NCBI GenBank assembly: GCA_011620605.1
Contig: WOYW01000005.1
Span: 32,232-96,231, forward strand
Length of the DNA: 64,000 nt
Reading direction: 5' to 3'
Source: Bacteroidales bacterium
GTDB lineage: Bacteria; Bacteroidota; Bacteroidia; Bacteroidales; UBA932
The translations under genes and the position numbers were made by a program. The notes beneath the pieces were generated by a model. That model was not told where the DNA came from. It worked only from the letters and a program-made list of their open reading frames with translations, and did not search any database. Positions 28,559-37,397 of the stretch are shown here, piece by piece; positions within the stretch are counted from its first letter, which is position 1, and each line of letters begins with the position of its first letter.

Positions 28559-28590
28559 GTTAAAATATTGGTTAAAAATATATTGCTGTC

Positions 28591-29535
28591 TTACTTCTCT
28601 ACAAGTCCCCTGCCACGTTTTTCAATTTCGCCTTCTGCTGTCAAAAATTTAATGATCCGGTCCAGAATCCCGTTCACAAACATTTTGGAATTACCTGTAC
28701 TGTAGAATTTGGATATTTCTACCATTTCGTTGAGCGTTACCTTAATGGGGATCTGCGGAAATGCCACTGCTTCAGCTACTCCCATGACAATGAGAATGGT
28801 ATCTGTGGCAGCGATCCGCTCCAGGTCCCAGTTCTGTGCAAACTTCTCTATGTAATTCACATATTCTCCGTAATGCTGCAAAGAATGTGCAAATAATTGT
28901 GTTGCAAAGTTTCTGTCGTCGTCGTTATAAAACAAAGGCGGATGCTTTAGTTTGTCATGTTCAGTCTGTAAACCTGACAATTGTGTCAGGATTATATTAC
29001 AGACGTAGGCTACGTCGTCGTTCCAGTGAAGGCTGCGGTCTTCCAGTAAACTGTATAGTTCCGGATCATCATCCAGCTGACTTCCGTAAAAATCCATTAA
29101 AAATTTCAAATCCTCCTGAAAGCCTGGTGCTTCAACGGCATTCATGTACTCCAGAAAATACGGTTCTTCTTTTAGTGAATCGTATAATTGTTTGATATAG
29201 CCTCTGTTAGCGTTCCAATTGAGCCCATGTATCCGTGAATCGGTCAGTTCTTTGTCACTGTCCAGGACCCCGATGGCTTTGTTATTGACAAACCTCAGGT
29301 TGGGATTTGTTTCTTCTTGCGTGGGATGGTATTTCTGCATGCCTATGTCAATCCGTTCCCGGGCATAGCGAACCAGCGTTCCCGGGAGAGAGAGCAACAG
29401 AAAATACAATTGTCTTGTTTTTTCCATGCTCTTAATGAGTTCATTTTCTGCCGATGCAAGATCAAAATTCTGAGAATGAACACTGCTGAATAAAACCTTA
29501 AAAATCTTAATCCGGATAAAACGCCTGCTGAGCAT
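28591..29535 (-). CDS. nusB: Transcription antitermination factor NusB (long Bacteroidota form)
   Basis: The C-terminal NusB fold is present: ERIAATDTILIVMGVAE...NEMVEISKFYS...FVNGILDRI. Confidence 0.85.
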   Translation of the reverse strand: MLSRRFIRIKIFKVLFSSVHSQNFDLASAENELIKSMEKTRQLYFLLLSLPGTLVRYARERIDIGMQKYHPTQEETNPNLRFVNNKAIGVLDSDKELTDSRIHGLNWNANRGYIKQLYDSLKEEPYFLEYMNAVEAPGFQEDLKFLMDFYGSQLDDDPELYSLLEDRSLHWNDDVAYVCNIILTQLSGLQTEHDKLKHPPLFYNDDDRNFATQLFAHSLQHYGEYVNYIEKFAQNWDLERIAATDTILIVMGVAEAVAFPQIPIKVTLNEMVEISKFYSTGNSKMFVNGILDRIIKFLTAEGEIEKRGRGLVEK

Positions 29536-29623
29536 ACCTTTTTAAATCAAAAAGAATCTCTGCAAATATACAGTTTTAAAGCAAATATTTTATATTTGTG
29601 AATATTATAAATAAAACAGACTT

Positions 29624-29968
29624 ATGTATTTTGAAGATTTCGACCGTTCCACCAAGGCGGAACATAGTGGAGAAGATGTTTTTTCCAAACCCGTACGTGC
29701 CGGAAAAAGAACTTATTTCTTTGATGTTAAGGCTACTAAAGGAAATGATTATTACCTGACCATTACGGAAAGCAAACGTCGTGTAGACAAAGACGGACGG
29801 TTTTCATATGAAAAGCATAAAGTTTTCCTGTACAAGGAAGATTTCGAAAAATTTACGGAAGGACTGGAAGAAGTCATAAAATTCATCAAGGAAAGGATCC
29901 CTGTAACGGAAGCCCGTCCCAATGAATTTACCAACGTAAAATTTGAAGATCTGTCAGGGGATGAATAA
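29624..29968 (+). CDS. DUF3276 / PUR-alpha-like nucleic-acid-binding protein
   Basis: The 114-aa product contains FSKPVRAGKRTYFFDVKATKGNDYYLTITESKR. Confidence 0.75.
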   Translation: MYFEDFDRSTKAEHSGEDVFSKPVRAGKRTYFFDVKATKGNDYYLTITESKRRVDKDGRFSYEKHKVFLYKEDFEKFTEGLEEVIKFIKERIPVTEARPNEFTNVKFEDLSGDE

Positions 29969-30113
29969 AAAAATTTTATTCACCTATTGCATTCTTGAAA
30001 AATACTTTTACCTTTGCCGCGCTTTTTGTAACCCATTGAAGTTAAATATGGTGTTAGAAGGCCAGAAGCGAAAGCACCATAATGTGTACAATAGTTCATC
30101 ACTATATTAACCC

Positions 30114-30139
30114 AAACCGCTTGAAAAAGCGGTTTTTTT
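30114..30139 (+). terminator. Rho-independent terminator
   Basis: The stem is aaaccgc / gcggttt with an 8-nt loop and a T7 run. It abuts the stop codon of the convergent aminotransferase gene. Confidence 0.6.
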
Positions 30140-31334
30140 ATTTGCGTCCGGGGTATTGTTTCAAAGCTTCTTCCAGACAGTCCATGGCATTGCCGATGTC
30201 TTCCTTTTTCAAAACATAGGCAATGCGGACTTCGTCTGTGCCTTTGCCAGGAGTGGCGTAGAAGCCTGCGGCAGGGGCTACCATAACGGTCTGGCCTTTG
30301 TAGCTGAAACTTTCCAGCAACCACTGCGCAAATATGTCCGAATCGTCAACCGGCAGACGGGCAGTGGTGTAGAAAGCTCCCATGGGCATGGGGGAATATA
30401 CGCCTTCCATTTTATTCAAACGGTCAATCATCAGGTTGCGCCTGTCTATATATTCTTCTTTAACGGCGCGGAAGTATTCATCCGGAGTGGCCAGCGCTCC
30501 TTCTGCTGCCATTTGTCCCAGGGCGGGAGCAGAAAGACGGGCCTGGGCAAAACGCAAAACGGCACTCATGACTTCTTTGTTGTGTGAGGCTATACATCCT
30601 ATACGGACTCCGCAGAGGCTGTAACGTTTTGACACCGAGTCTATCAGTATGACATTTTGTTCGGCGCCGGGGATCTGCATACAGGAAAAATGGGGGTCGT
30701 CAGAATAGCAGAATTCACGGTAAACTTCGTCGGATAGCAGGAATAAATTGTGCTTTTTCACGATCTCTCCCAATTGCAGGATGTCCTCTTTGGTATAAAG
30801 GGTTCCGGTGGGATTTCCGGGACTGTTGATGAGAATGGCTTTTGTCTTGGAGGTGATGTATTTTTCCACCTCTGACATGGACGGTAATGCAAAGCCGTTC
30901 TCAATGGTTGTTGTAACGGGGACAAATTTTACCCCGGCCATAAGGGCAAACGTGTTGTAATTGGTGTAGAAGGGTTCGAATACGATCACTTCGTCCCCGG
31001 GGTTGCAGCAAACCTTCAAACCTATCTGCAAAGCTTCGGAACCTCCGACGGTAACGATGATCTCTTCGTAGGAAAGGTCGATGTTCACATCCCGGTAATA
31101 TTTTGCCAATCCCCTGCGATAGGATTCAATTCCGGCCGAGTGCGGATACGATACCAGTTTCAGGTCCGTATTACGAATAGCATCTATGGCTTCCCTGGGA
31201 GAAGCAATATCGGGCTGCCCGATGTTCAAATGATACACTTTTACCCCGCGTTTTTTTGCAGCTTCGGCATAGGGGACCAGCTTACGGATGGGAGAAGCCG
31301 GCATTTTCCTTGATAATTCAGAGATACCTAACAT
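30138..31334 (-). CDS. Class I/II PLP-dependent aminotransferase (aspartate aminotransferase-like)
   Basis: The 398-aa product contains NPGNPTG and SVSKRYSLCGVRIG (PLP lysine). Confidence 0.9.
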   Translation of the reverse strand: MLGISELSRKMPASPIRKLVPYAEAAKKRGVKVYHLNIGQPDIASPREAIDAIRNTDLKLVSYPHSAGIESYRRGLAKYYRDVNIDLSYEEIIVTVGGSEALQIGLKVCCNPGDEVIVFEPFYTNYNTFALMAGVKFVPVTTTIENGFALPSMSEVEKYITSKTKAILINSPGNPTGTLYTKEDILQLGEIVKKHNLFLLSDEVYREFCYSDDPHFSCMQIPGAEQNVILIDSVSKRYSLCGVRIGCIASHNKEVMSAVLRFAQARLSAPALGQMAAEGALATPDEYFRAVKEEYIDRRNLMIDRLNKMEGVYSPMPMGAFYTTARLPVDDSDIFAQWLLESFSYKGQTVMVAPAAGFYATPGKGTDEVRIAYVLKKEDIGNAMDCLEEALKQYPGRK

Positions 31335-31482
31335 AACGACTTAAAATTTGTAAATTTAATCTGCAAATATAGACCTTTCTTTAAACAAAAAACAACAATT
31401 TAATATAATTTATGAAGACGCATCCCGAACTCCCGTAAGCCCGGATTTTTTTCTATTTTTGTTAGATTTAAATCCTTAACAA

Positions 31483-33666
31483 ATGTCGACTTTCAGACAC
31501 AAAGCATTATCCGAATTTTCCTCGCACAAAATGGAACGTTTCTCGGTGGAAACGAAACCTATCTCTGCTTTTTTCGGTCAAAATGTTTTTGACCTCAAAA
31601 AAATGCGCAACTACCTGCCTGAAACTGCTTACGATGCAGTGGTACAGGCTATTGAAAAGAAAACAAGGATCGACAGAAGTGTGGCTGCCTTTGTGGCGGA
31701 AGGAATGCGTACCTGGGCTATGGAGCGCGGTGCCACCCACTATACGCACTGGTTCCATCCTCTAAGTGAGACAACGGCAGAAAAACACGAAGCATTCATC
31801 AAACCTTATTCAAACGGCTGTGCCATTGAGCAATTCATGGGAGATTCCCTGATCCAGCAGGAACCCGATGCATCCAGCTTCCCAAGCGGTGGTCTGCGCA
31901 ACACTTTTGAAGCACGGGGCTATACCGCCTGGGACCCCAGCTCACCTGCTTTCGTCATGGACCAGACACTTTGTATCCCCACCATCTTTGTGTCATACAC
32001 CGGAGATGCCCTGGATATAAAAACACCGCACCTGAAATCCCTCAGAGCCCTTAATAGTGCGGCAACAGATGTTGCGCGCTATTTTGATCCTGATACAGAA
32101 AGCGTAAATGTGATCTACGGCATTGAACAGGAGTATTTTGTGGTGGATCTTTCCCTGTACCGTGCCCGTCCGGACCTTATGTTGTGTGACCGCACCTTGC
32201 AGGGACATACTGCTGCTAAAGATCAACAGCTTGAAGATCACTACTTTGGCAATATTCCATCCCGGGTTATGGCTTTTATGAAAGATTTTGAAACAGAAGC
32301 CTATAAATTGGGTGTCTATATAAAAACACGTCATAACGAGGTAGCTCCCAACCAGTTTGAATTTGCCCCCTACCACGAGGAAGCAAACCTGGCCATAGAT
32401 CACAACCAGATGATCATGATGGTCATGCGTAAGCTGGCCAAAAAACACAACCTGAAAGTCATTTTTCACGAAAAACCGTATGAAGGGATAAACGGATCCG
32501 GAAAACATTGCAACTGGAGTCTGTGCACCAACAAAGGCATCAATGTCTTTTCTCCCGGCAAAACGCCGCAGGACAACCTTCAGTTCCTGAGCTTTATTGC
32601 ATGTACCCTGAAAGCCGTCTACGAACACCATTTTCTGATCATGTCCACAGTGGCATCCCTGAGCAATTCTTACCGCCTGGGCGGCTCCGAAGCGCCCCCT
32701 GCAGTGCTTTCCATGTTTATGGGAAGCACACTTGCCGAGTTGTTGGATTTGATAGAAAAAGGCGGTCCGAAGAGTAAAAAGGACGTCGAGCAGGCACGGA
32801 TGGAAATCGTGGGCATGGTTCCCGAGATCTTCCCGGACAATACCGACCGGAACCGCACCTCTCCGTTCGCCTTTACCGGGAACCGGTTTGAATTCAGGGC
32901 CATAGGCTCCTCGGCAAACTGTGCCTCGTCCATGCTGTTTCTGAACACCGCCGTGGCCCAACAGCTGAAAAATTTCAAAACACAGGTGGACAATGAACTG
33001 AATTCAGGATTAAAACAGGAAGATGCACTGATTAAGGTGATCAGGAAGTTTGTCAAAGAATCCCGTGATATTCGCTTTGAGGGGAACGGCTACGGTGCCC
33101 AATGGCAGGCAGAAGCAGCCCGGCGCGGATTGCGCGGGATAAAGGATGTCCCTGCCTCCTACAAATCATTGCTGGAATCCAAGACCGTTAAACTGATGGA
33201 AGAAACAGAGGTGATGAGCCGAAGGGAACTGGAAGCCCGGTTTGAGGTCAAAAATGAAATGTTCGTAAAGAAACTTCAGATAGAAGCGCGCGTTCTGGGA
33301 GATCTCGCGATCAACCATTTTGTGCCCACCGCCATCCGTCACGAAAATCTGTTGCTGAACAATGTACGGGGTATGAAAGAAGTTTTCCCGGCCGATGAAT
33401 ACGAAGAGCTGGCATCCACCCAATTGAAAGCCATAAGAAAAACAGCAGGTTATGTGAACGACCTCCGCAATCTGGTACATGTGCTTATAGAAGCGCGTAA
33501 AAAAGCCAACAAGCTGGAATCCTTGCAGAAAAAGGCCGCTGCATACGCAAAAGATGTATTGCCCCTAATGGATCAGATCCGGCATTGTGCCGATCACCTG
33601 GAGATGATCGTGGACGATGAATTGTGGCCGCTGCCCAAATACAGGGAACTGTTATTCCTTCGGTAA
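31483..33666 (+). CDS. glnN: Glutamine synthetase type III
   Basis: The 727-aa product has the GSIII-specific length and blocks (HYTHWFHPL, EQEYF, NGSGKHCNWS). Confidence 0.93.
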   Translation: MSTFRHKALSEFSSHKMERFSVETKPISAFFGQNVFDLKKMRNYLPETAYDAVVQAIEKKTRIDRSVAAFVAEGMRTWAMERGATHYTHWFHPLSETTAEKHEAFIKPYSNGCAIEQFMGDSLIQQEPDASSFPSGGLRNTFEARGYTAWDPSSPAFVMDQTLCIPTIFVSYTGDALDIKTPHLKSLRALNSAATDVARYFDPDTESVNVIYGIEQEYFVVDLSLYRARPDLMLCDRTLQGHTAAKDQQLEDHYFGNIPSRVMAFMKDFETEAYKLGVYIKTRHNEVAPNQFEFAPYHEEANLAIDHNQMIMMVMRKLAKKHNLKVIFHEKPYEGINGSGKHCNWSLCTNKGINVFSPGKTPQDNLQFLSFIACTLKAVYEHHFLIMSTVASLSNSYRLGGSEAPPAVLSMFMGSTLAELLDLIEKGGPKSKKDVEQARMEIVGMVPEIFPDNTDRNRTSPFAFTGNRFEFRAIGSSANCASSMLFLNTAVAQQLKNFKTQVDNELNSGLKQEDALIKVIRKFVKESRDIRFEGNGYGAQWQAEAARRGLRGIKDVPASYKSLLESKTVKLMEETEVMSRRELEARFEVKNEMFVKKLQIEARVLGDLAINHFVPTAIRHENLLLNNVRGMKEVFPADEYEELASTQLKAIRKTAGYVNDLRNLVHVLIEARKKANKLESLQKKAAAYAKDVLPLMDQIRHCADHLEMIVDDELWPLPKYRELLFLR

Positions 33667-33708
33667 CCGTTTTTTTACGATCTTTGTTGGAACTAATCAT
33701 TTTGTATC

Positions 33709-34890
33709 ATGAATGACCTGGAAGCCGGGAAGTACAGCAAACGGGGAGTATCCTCTTCAAAAAAAGAGGTACACAGTGCCCTGGAAGGGACCGACAAGGG
33801 CCTGTTTCCGGGAGCTTTCTGCAAAATAATCCCCGACATCCTTACCGGTGATCAGGATTACTGCCTGGTGATGCATGCCGACGGTGCCGGGACCAAATCC
33901 TCCCTGGCTTATTGCTATTGGAAAGAGACCGGAGATCTGAATGTGTGGGAAGGGATCGCACAGGATGCCATTGTAATGAACATGGACGATCTGTTGTGTG
34001 TGGGAGTGACCTCGGACATTCTTTTAAGTTCTACCATAGGTCGCAATAAAAGACTGATCCCCGTAGAGGTGATCAAGGCTTTGATACAGGGAAGCCGTCA
34101 GTTTTGTAGGCATATGACAAATTTGGGGATCCGCATGGAGCTTACCGGCGGTGAAACGGCAGATGTAGGTGACCTGGTCAGGACCGTGATCGTGGACAGT
34201 ACCGTTTGTGCCCGGATCCGGCGGGATCTTGTTATAGATAACAGCCGGATACAGCCGGGAGATGTTATCGTGGGACTGGCTTCATTCGGACAAACCACTT
34301 ACGAAGACAGTTACAACGGGGGTATGGGCAGTAACGGGCTGACCAGCGCCCGGCACGATGTGTTCGATAAAACGGTTGCCGCTGCTTTCCCGGAAAGTTA
34401 TGACAACGGCATCCCTTCTGAATACGTTTATTCCGGGACACGGAAATTGACGGATGTTGAACCGGAGACCGGTTTTACTTACGGACAACTGGTTCTGTCC
34501 CCTACCCGCACGTACGCACCGGTAATCAAAGGTATTCTGGATACACACCGGAGTTCTGTGCACGGCATGATCCATTGTTCCGGAGGAGGACAGACTAAAA
34601 TACTTCATTTTATTGACGGGCTTCATGTATTCAAGGATAACCTTTTTCCTGTTCCACCTCTTTTCAGGGAAATCCAAAGGATAAGCGGAACTTCATGGAA
34701 AGAGATGTTCACTGTGTTCAATATGGGACACCGCATGGAATTGTATGTGCCCGGCGATGCAGCTCCCTTAATACTGGAAAAAGCGGCTGCATATGGTCTG
34801 GAAGCACGTGTTGTCGGCAAAGTGAAACCAATGAAAGGGCGCAGGGTAACCATAAAAAATGAATATGGAACGTTCATTTACGATAAATAA
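33709..34890 (+). CDS. purM: AIR synthase-related protein (phosphoribosylformylglycinamidine cyclo-ligase, long Bacteroidota form)
   Basis: The product contains GVSSSKKEVH...FCKIIPD...MHADGAGTKSSLAY, typical of Bacteroidales PurM. Confidence 0.8.
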   Translation: MNDLEAGKYSKRGVSSSKKEVHSALEGTDKGLFPGAFCKIIPDILTGDQDYCLVMHADGAGTKSSLAYCYWKETGDLNVWEGIAQDAIVMNMDDLLCVGVTSDILLSSTIGRNKRLIPVEVIKALIQGSRQFCRHMTNLGIRMELTGGETADVGDLVRTVIVDSTVCARIRRDLVIDNSRIQPGDVIVGLASFGQTTYEDSYNGGMGSNGLTSARHDVFDKTVAAAFPESYDNGIPSEYVYSGTRKLTDVEPETGFTYGQLVLSPTRTYAPVIKGILDTHRSSVHGMIHCSGGGQTKILHFIDGLHVFKDNLFPVPPLFREIQRISGTSWKEMFTVFNMGHRMELYVPGDAAPLILEKAAAYGLEARVVGKVKPMKGRRVTIKNEYGTFIYDK

Positions 34891-36091
34891 GAGGTTCAGA
34901 GCCGTAAGAACGCTAGTGCTGATCTTTCTTGGCGGCCTGCTGTGGTTGACGGGAGGGTGCGGGAACGCGCGGGAGGAAGAGCCGGAACGGTTGCCGGTTA
35001 TTAATGAAATTCTAAATGACACCAATTCTGTCTGGTACCTGGACCCGGCCTCTTATCCGGATCGCAGGGAAGTATTGCCGCTTGGGGTATTTGGCACTGA
35101 AAAAGATGATATTGCTACGGTCGAAGTCCTACTCGGCTTTGATCAGTTTGATAACATTACGGGCAAGCCGGGAAGTGACGGGATCAGTGATTTTGCAGGC
35201 GAATATTTCGATTTTGTTTGCCGGCCTCCGGCAAACGACTCGGCAAGTGACTCGGCCCGTATTGAAACAATAAAGAATATGGCGGTGATGTTCCGCCAGG
35301 AAGGAGACAGGCCACCGGTCAAGGCACTGGTGGTAGCCGGGGATCCCGCCTCGGTGATGGCTTATGAAGATATTCAGGATCTGATCCGTACCGGTGATCT
35401 GGGTGTCGTTGCCATTAGCGTTTTACAGGCCGGGGTTGACAAGACGCTGGATTATGTGCGGCAGTTCCATTCGGGAAGAAACAAACGCATTACAGTAGGT
35501 GTAATCGCTTCTGAAAGCAGCCTGGCGCTTAAAGCGTATGAAAGCCTGCGGGAAGAGGTGGAAGTGGTTTACCAGGGTTTTACTCCTGACAGCCTTCCTT
35601 CTTTAAACAATCCGCTTTATCCTTTGGACAGGAACCTGATAAAGGATTACCATTTTGATTATTCCCGATCCGGTATGAATTACAGGGGTTCCCGGTACAA
35701 TCCCGGTGTAATGGAAGTCAATTCTACGGAAAATGCTGTCCGTTACGCGGTTACATCTTTAGTAAGCCAACTGTTATTGGGCAGCCATTCTCCTTTGAAA
35801 TGTATTCTGACCGGGGAGAATACGTTTTCACGTTATCCCGGGATCATTATGGAGCAGCTCACGTTTTTGAGGAACTTCAGGCAAAACAACCGTTACATAT
35901 ACAGACATCTTATAGATCCGGAAGTGGTTCTGATCAATCCGCGTGAAGAAGCTGCGGGAATACTGTACAAGGCATTGAGAGAGGATCGCCTGGCAGCTTT
36001 CCGCACCACCCCTTCGTTTGTCCGGATACATTCGCCAGAACCGTTGGATCTTTCTAAATACCCTTTACTAAATGTTTGCATCAACCATTGA
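34859..36091 (+). CDS. Hypothetical lipoprotein
   Basis: The 410-aa ORF has a signal peptide with the lipobox LTGGCG. No recognisable motif was found. Confidence 0.5.
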   Translation: MNMERSFTINKRFRAVRTLVLIFLGGLLWLTGGCGNAREEEPERLPVINEILNDTNSVWYLDPASYPDRREVLPLGVFGTEKDDIATVEVLLGFDQFDNITGKPGSDGISDFAGEYFDFVCRPPANDSASDSARIETIKNMAVMFRQEGDRPPVKALVVAGDPASVMAYEDIQDLIRTGDLGVVAISVLQAGVDKTLDYVRQFHSGRNKRITVGVIASESSLALKAYESLREEVEVVYQGFTPDSLPSLNNPLYPLDRNLIKDYHFDYSRSGMNYRGSRYNPGVMEVNSTENAVRYAVTSLVSQLLLGSHSPLKCILTGENTFSRYPGIIMEQLTFLRNFRQNNRYIYRHLIDPEVVLINPREEAAGILYKALREDRLAAFRTTPSFVRIHSPEPLDLSKYPLLNVCINH

Positions 36092-37118
36092 GAACAGTGT
36101 CCTGGATATGTTTCCCCAGGTGGAATTGAAGGGACACATTACCCTTGTTACCACTCGTTCGCAGGTGCAGAAAGCGTCGGAGTACTTGTCCCGGCAACCG
36201 GTTTTGGGATTCGATACGGAAACCAAGCCCCGTTTTTCTTCGGGGAAAATGTACCGGCCTGCCCTTTTGCAATTGTCTACCGACAGCCGTTTTTTTCTGA
36301 TCCACCTGAAAAAGACAGGCCTGCCTCCTGAACTTGTTGCCGTATTGAGTAATCCCCGTATTGTGAAAGTGGGTGCTGCCGTCAGGGACGATATTATTGG
36401 ACTGCAGCGCTACGTTGAATTTAACGCAGAAGGATTTGTGGACCTGCAGGAAATGGCCCAGGAATACGGCATTATGGAGAAAAGCGTAAAGAAGCTGGCG
36501 GCTATTGTTCTGGGCAAACGAGTGAGCAAATCGCAGCAGACTACCAATTGGGAGGCTTATCCCCTGTCGGAATCCCAGGCCCGCTATGCAGCTACCGATG
36601 CGTATGTCTGTTACCGTATATACCGGGAACTGATGGGTCACCAGGAAGAAAAGAAATCCCCCCGTCAGCGGATGTACGAAGAAGTCCTGGAACGGGCAGC
36701 TTCTCTGGTGAAAGACGAACCGGATCTTGTTGCCAATATGGCCAATATCAGTGCATTGATCAAGGAGACCTTTAAATTTTGGTGGGTGGGTTTTTACCTT
36801 GTGGATGATGCAGCAGGGCAACTGGTTCTGGGCCCGTTCCAGGGACCTGTGGCCTGTACTCGGATTCCATACGGCCGGGGCGTTTGCGGTTCCTCATGGA
36901 AACAGCGTAAAACGTTGATCGTTCCCGATGTGGAAAAGTTTCCCGGTCATATAGCCTGCAGCTCCCTCTCCCGCTCGGAGATCGTGGTCCCATTGACAGA
37001 TAAAGAAGGAAACATCACGGCCGTGCTGGATATTGATTCTGAAAAGCTCAATACGTTTGACAAAACAGATAAGAAGTATCTGGAGAAACTGGCTGAGCTT
37101 TTTAAAAATATTTACTAA
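36072..37118 (+). CDS. Fusion protein: 3'-5' exonuclease (DEDDy, RNase D/WRN-like) plus GAF-type free methionine-(R)-sulfoxide reductase domain
   Basis: The N-terminal half has VLGFDTETKP and YAATDAY. The C-terminal half has FWWVGFYL, ACTRIPYGRGVCG and FPGHIACSSLSRSEIVVP, resembling YebR/fRMsr. A single uninterrupted frame covers both halves. Confidence 0.8.
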   Translation: MFASTIENSVLDMFPQVELKGHITLVTTRSQVQKASEYLSRQPVLGFDTETKPRFSSGKMYRPALLQLSTDSRFFLIHLKKTGLPPELVAVLSNPRIVKVGAAVRDDIIGLQRYVEFNAEGFVDLQEMAQEYGIMEKSVKKLAAIVLGKRVSKSQQTTNWEAYPLSESQARYAATDAYVCYRIYRELMGHQEEKKSPRQRMYEEVLERAASLVKDEPDLVANMANISALIKETFKFWWVGFYLVDDAAGQLVLGPFQGPVACTRIPYGRGVCGSSWKQRKTLIVPDVEKFPGHIACSSLSRSEIVVPLTDKEGNITAVLDIDSEKLNTFDKTDKKYLEKLAELFKNIY

Positions 37119-37123
37119 CTTTG
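37116..37123 (+). promoter_or_regulatory. Bacteroidota -7 box (TAACTTTG) for tRNA-Cys
   Basis: The box matches TAnnTTTG, lies 13 nt before the tRNA 5' end, and overlaps the stop codon of the upstream gene. Confidence 0.45.
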
Positions 37124-37136
37124 CAGTCCTTTTAAC

Positions 37137-37207
37137 GGTACCCTGGCCGAGTGGTTAGGCATCGGTCTGCAAAACCGAGTACAGCGGTTCGATTCCGCTG
37201 GGTACCT
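37137..37207 (+). tRNA. tRNA-Cys (GCA)
   Basis: The cloverleaf was folded by hand. The acceptor is ggtaccc/gggtacc, the anticodon stem-loop is tcggt-ctGCAaa-accga, and the T arm is agcgg-ttcgatt-ccgct. Confidence 0.95.
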
Positions 37208-37209
37208 CT

Positions 37210-37241
37210 AAAAAAGCTGGCTTTTGGTCAGCTTTTTTTTT
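37210..37241 (+). terminator. Rho-independent terminator after tRNA-Cys
   Basis: The stem is aaaaagctg / cagcttttt and a T-run follows. Confidence 0.7.
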
Positions 37242-37263
37242 GAGGGAGAGAGGCATGGGCGCG

Positions 37264-37397
37264 GAAAGGGGTGCAACGCACACTTGATTCTTTTGCCTAA
37301 GAACCAGGCATTTACAAAAATCAACCCCCAGGGGGGTTGATTTTTGTAAGTCGCTAAGAACCAGCGAAAAGAATCAAGTGTGCGTTGCACCCCTTTC
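37264..37397. repeat. Nested palindromic element: 31-bp perfect inverted repeats flanking an 18-bp-stem hairpin and two direct ctaagaaccag copies
   Basis: The left arm gaaaggggtgcaacgcacacttgattctttt (37264-37294) is the reverse complement of 37367-37397. The inner hairpin is ttacaaaaatcaaccccc (37312-37329) pairing with 37332-37349. Confidence 0.8.

Noticed and set aside
29980-30324. A 114-aa minus-strand ORF across the DUF3276/aminotransferase gap
   Set aside because: It overlaps the aminotransferase 3' end out of frame and crosses the terminator hairpin. Its composition is non-coding-like.
31993-32961. A 322-aa minus-strand ORF
   Set aside because: It is antisense to the type III glutamine synthetase gene. 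It has shadow-ORF composition and no motifs.
36081-36821. A 246-aa minus-strand ORF
   Set aside because: It is antisense to the exonuclease-GAF gene, whose motifs are unambiguous.
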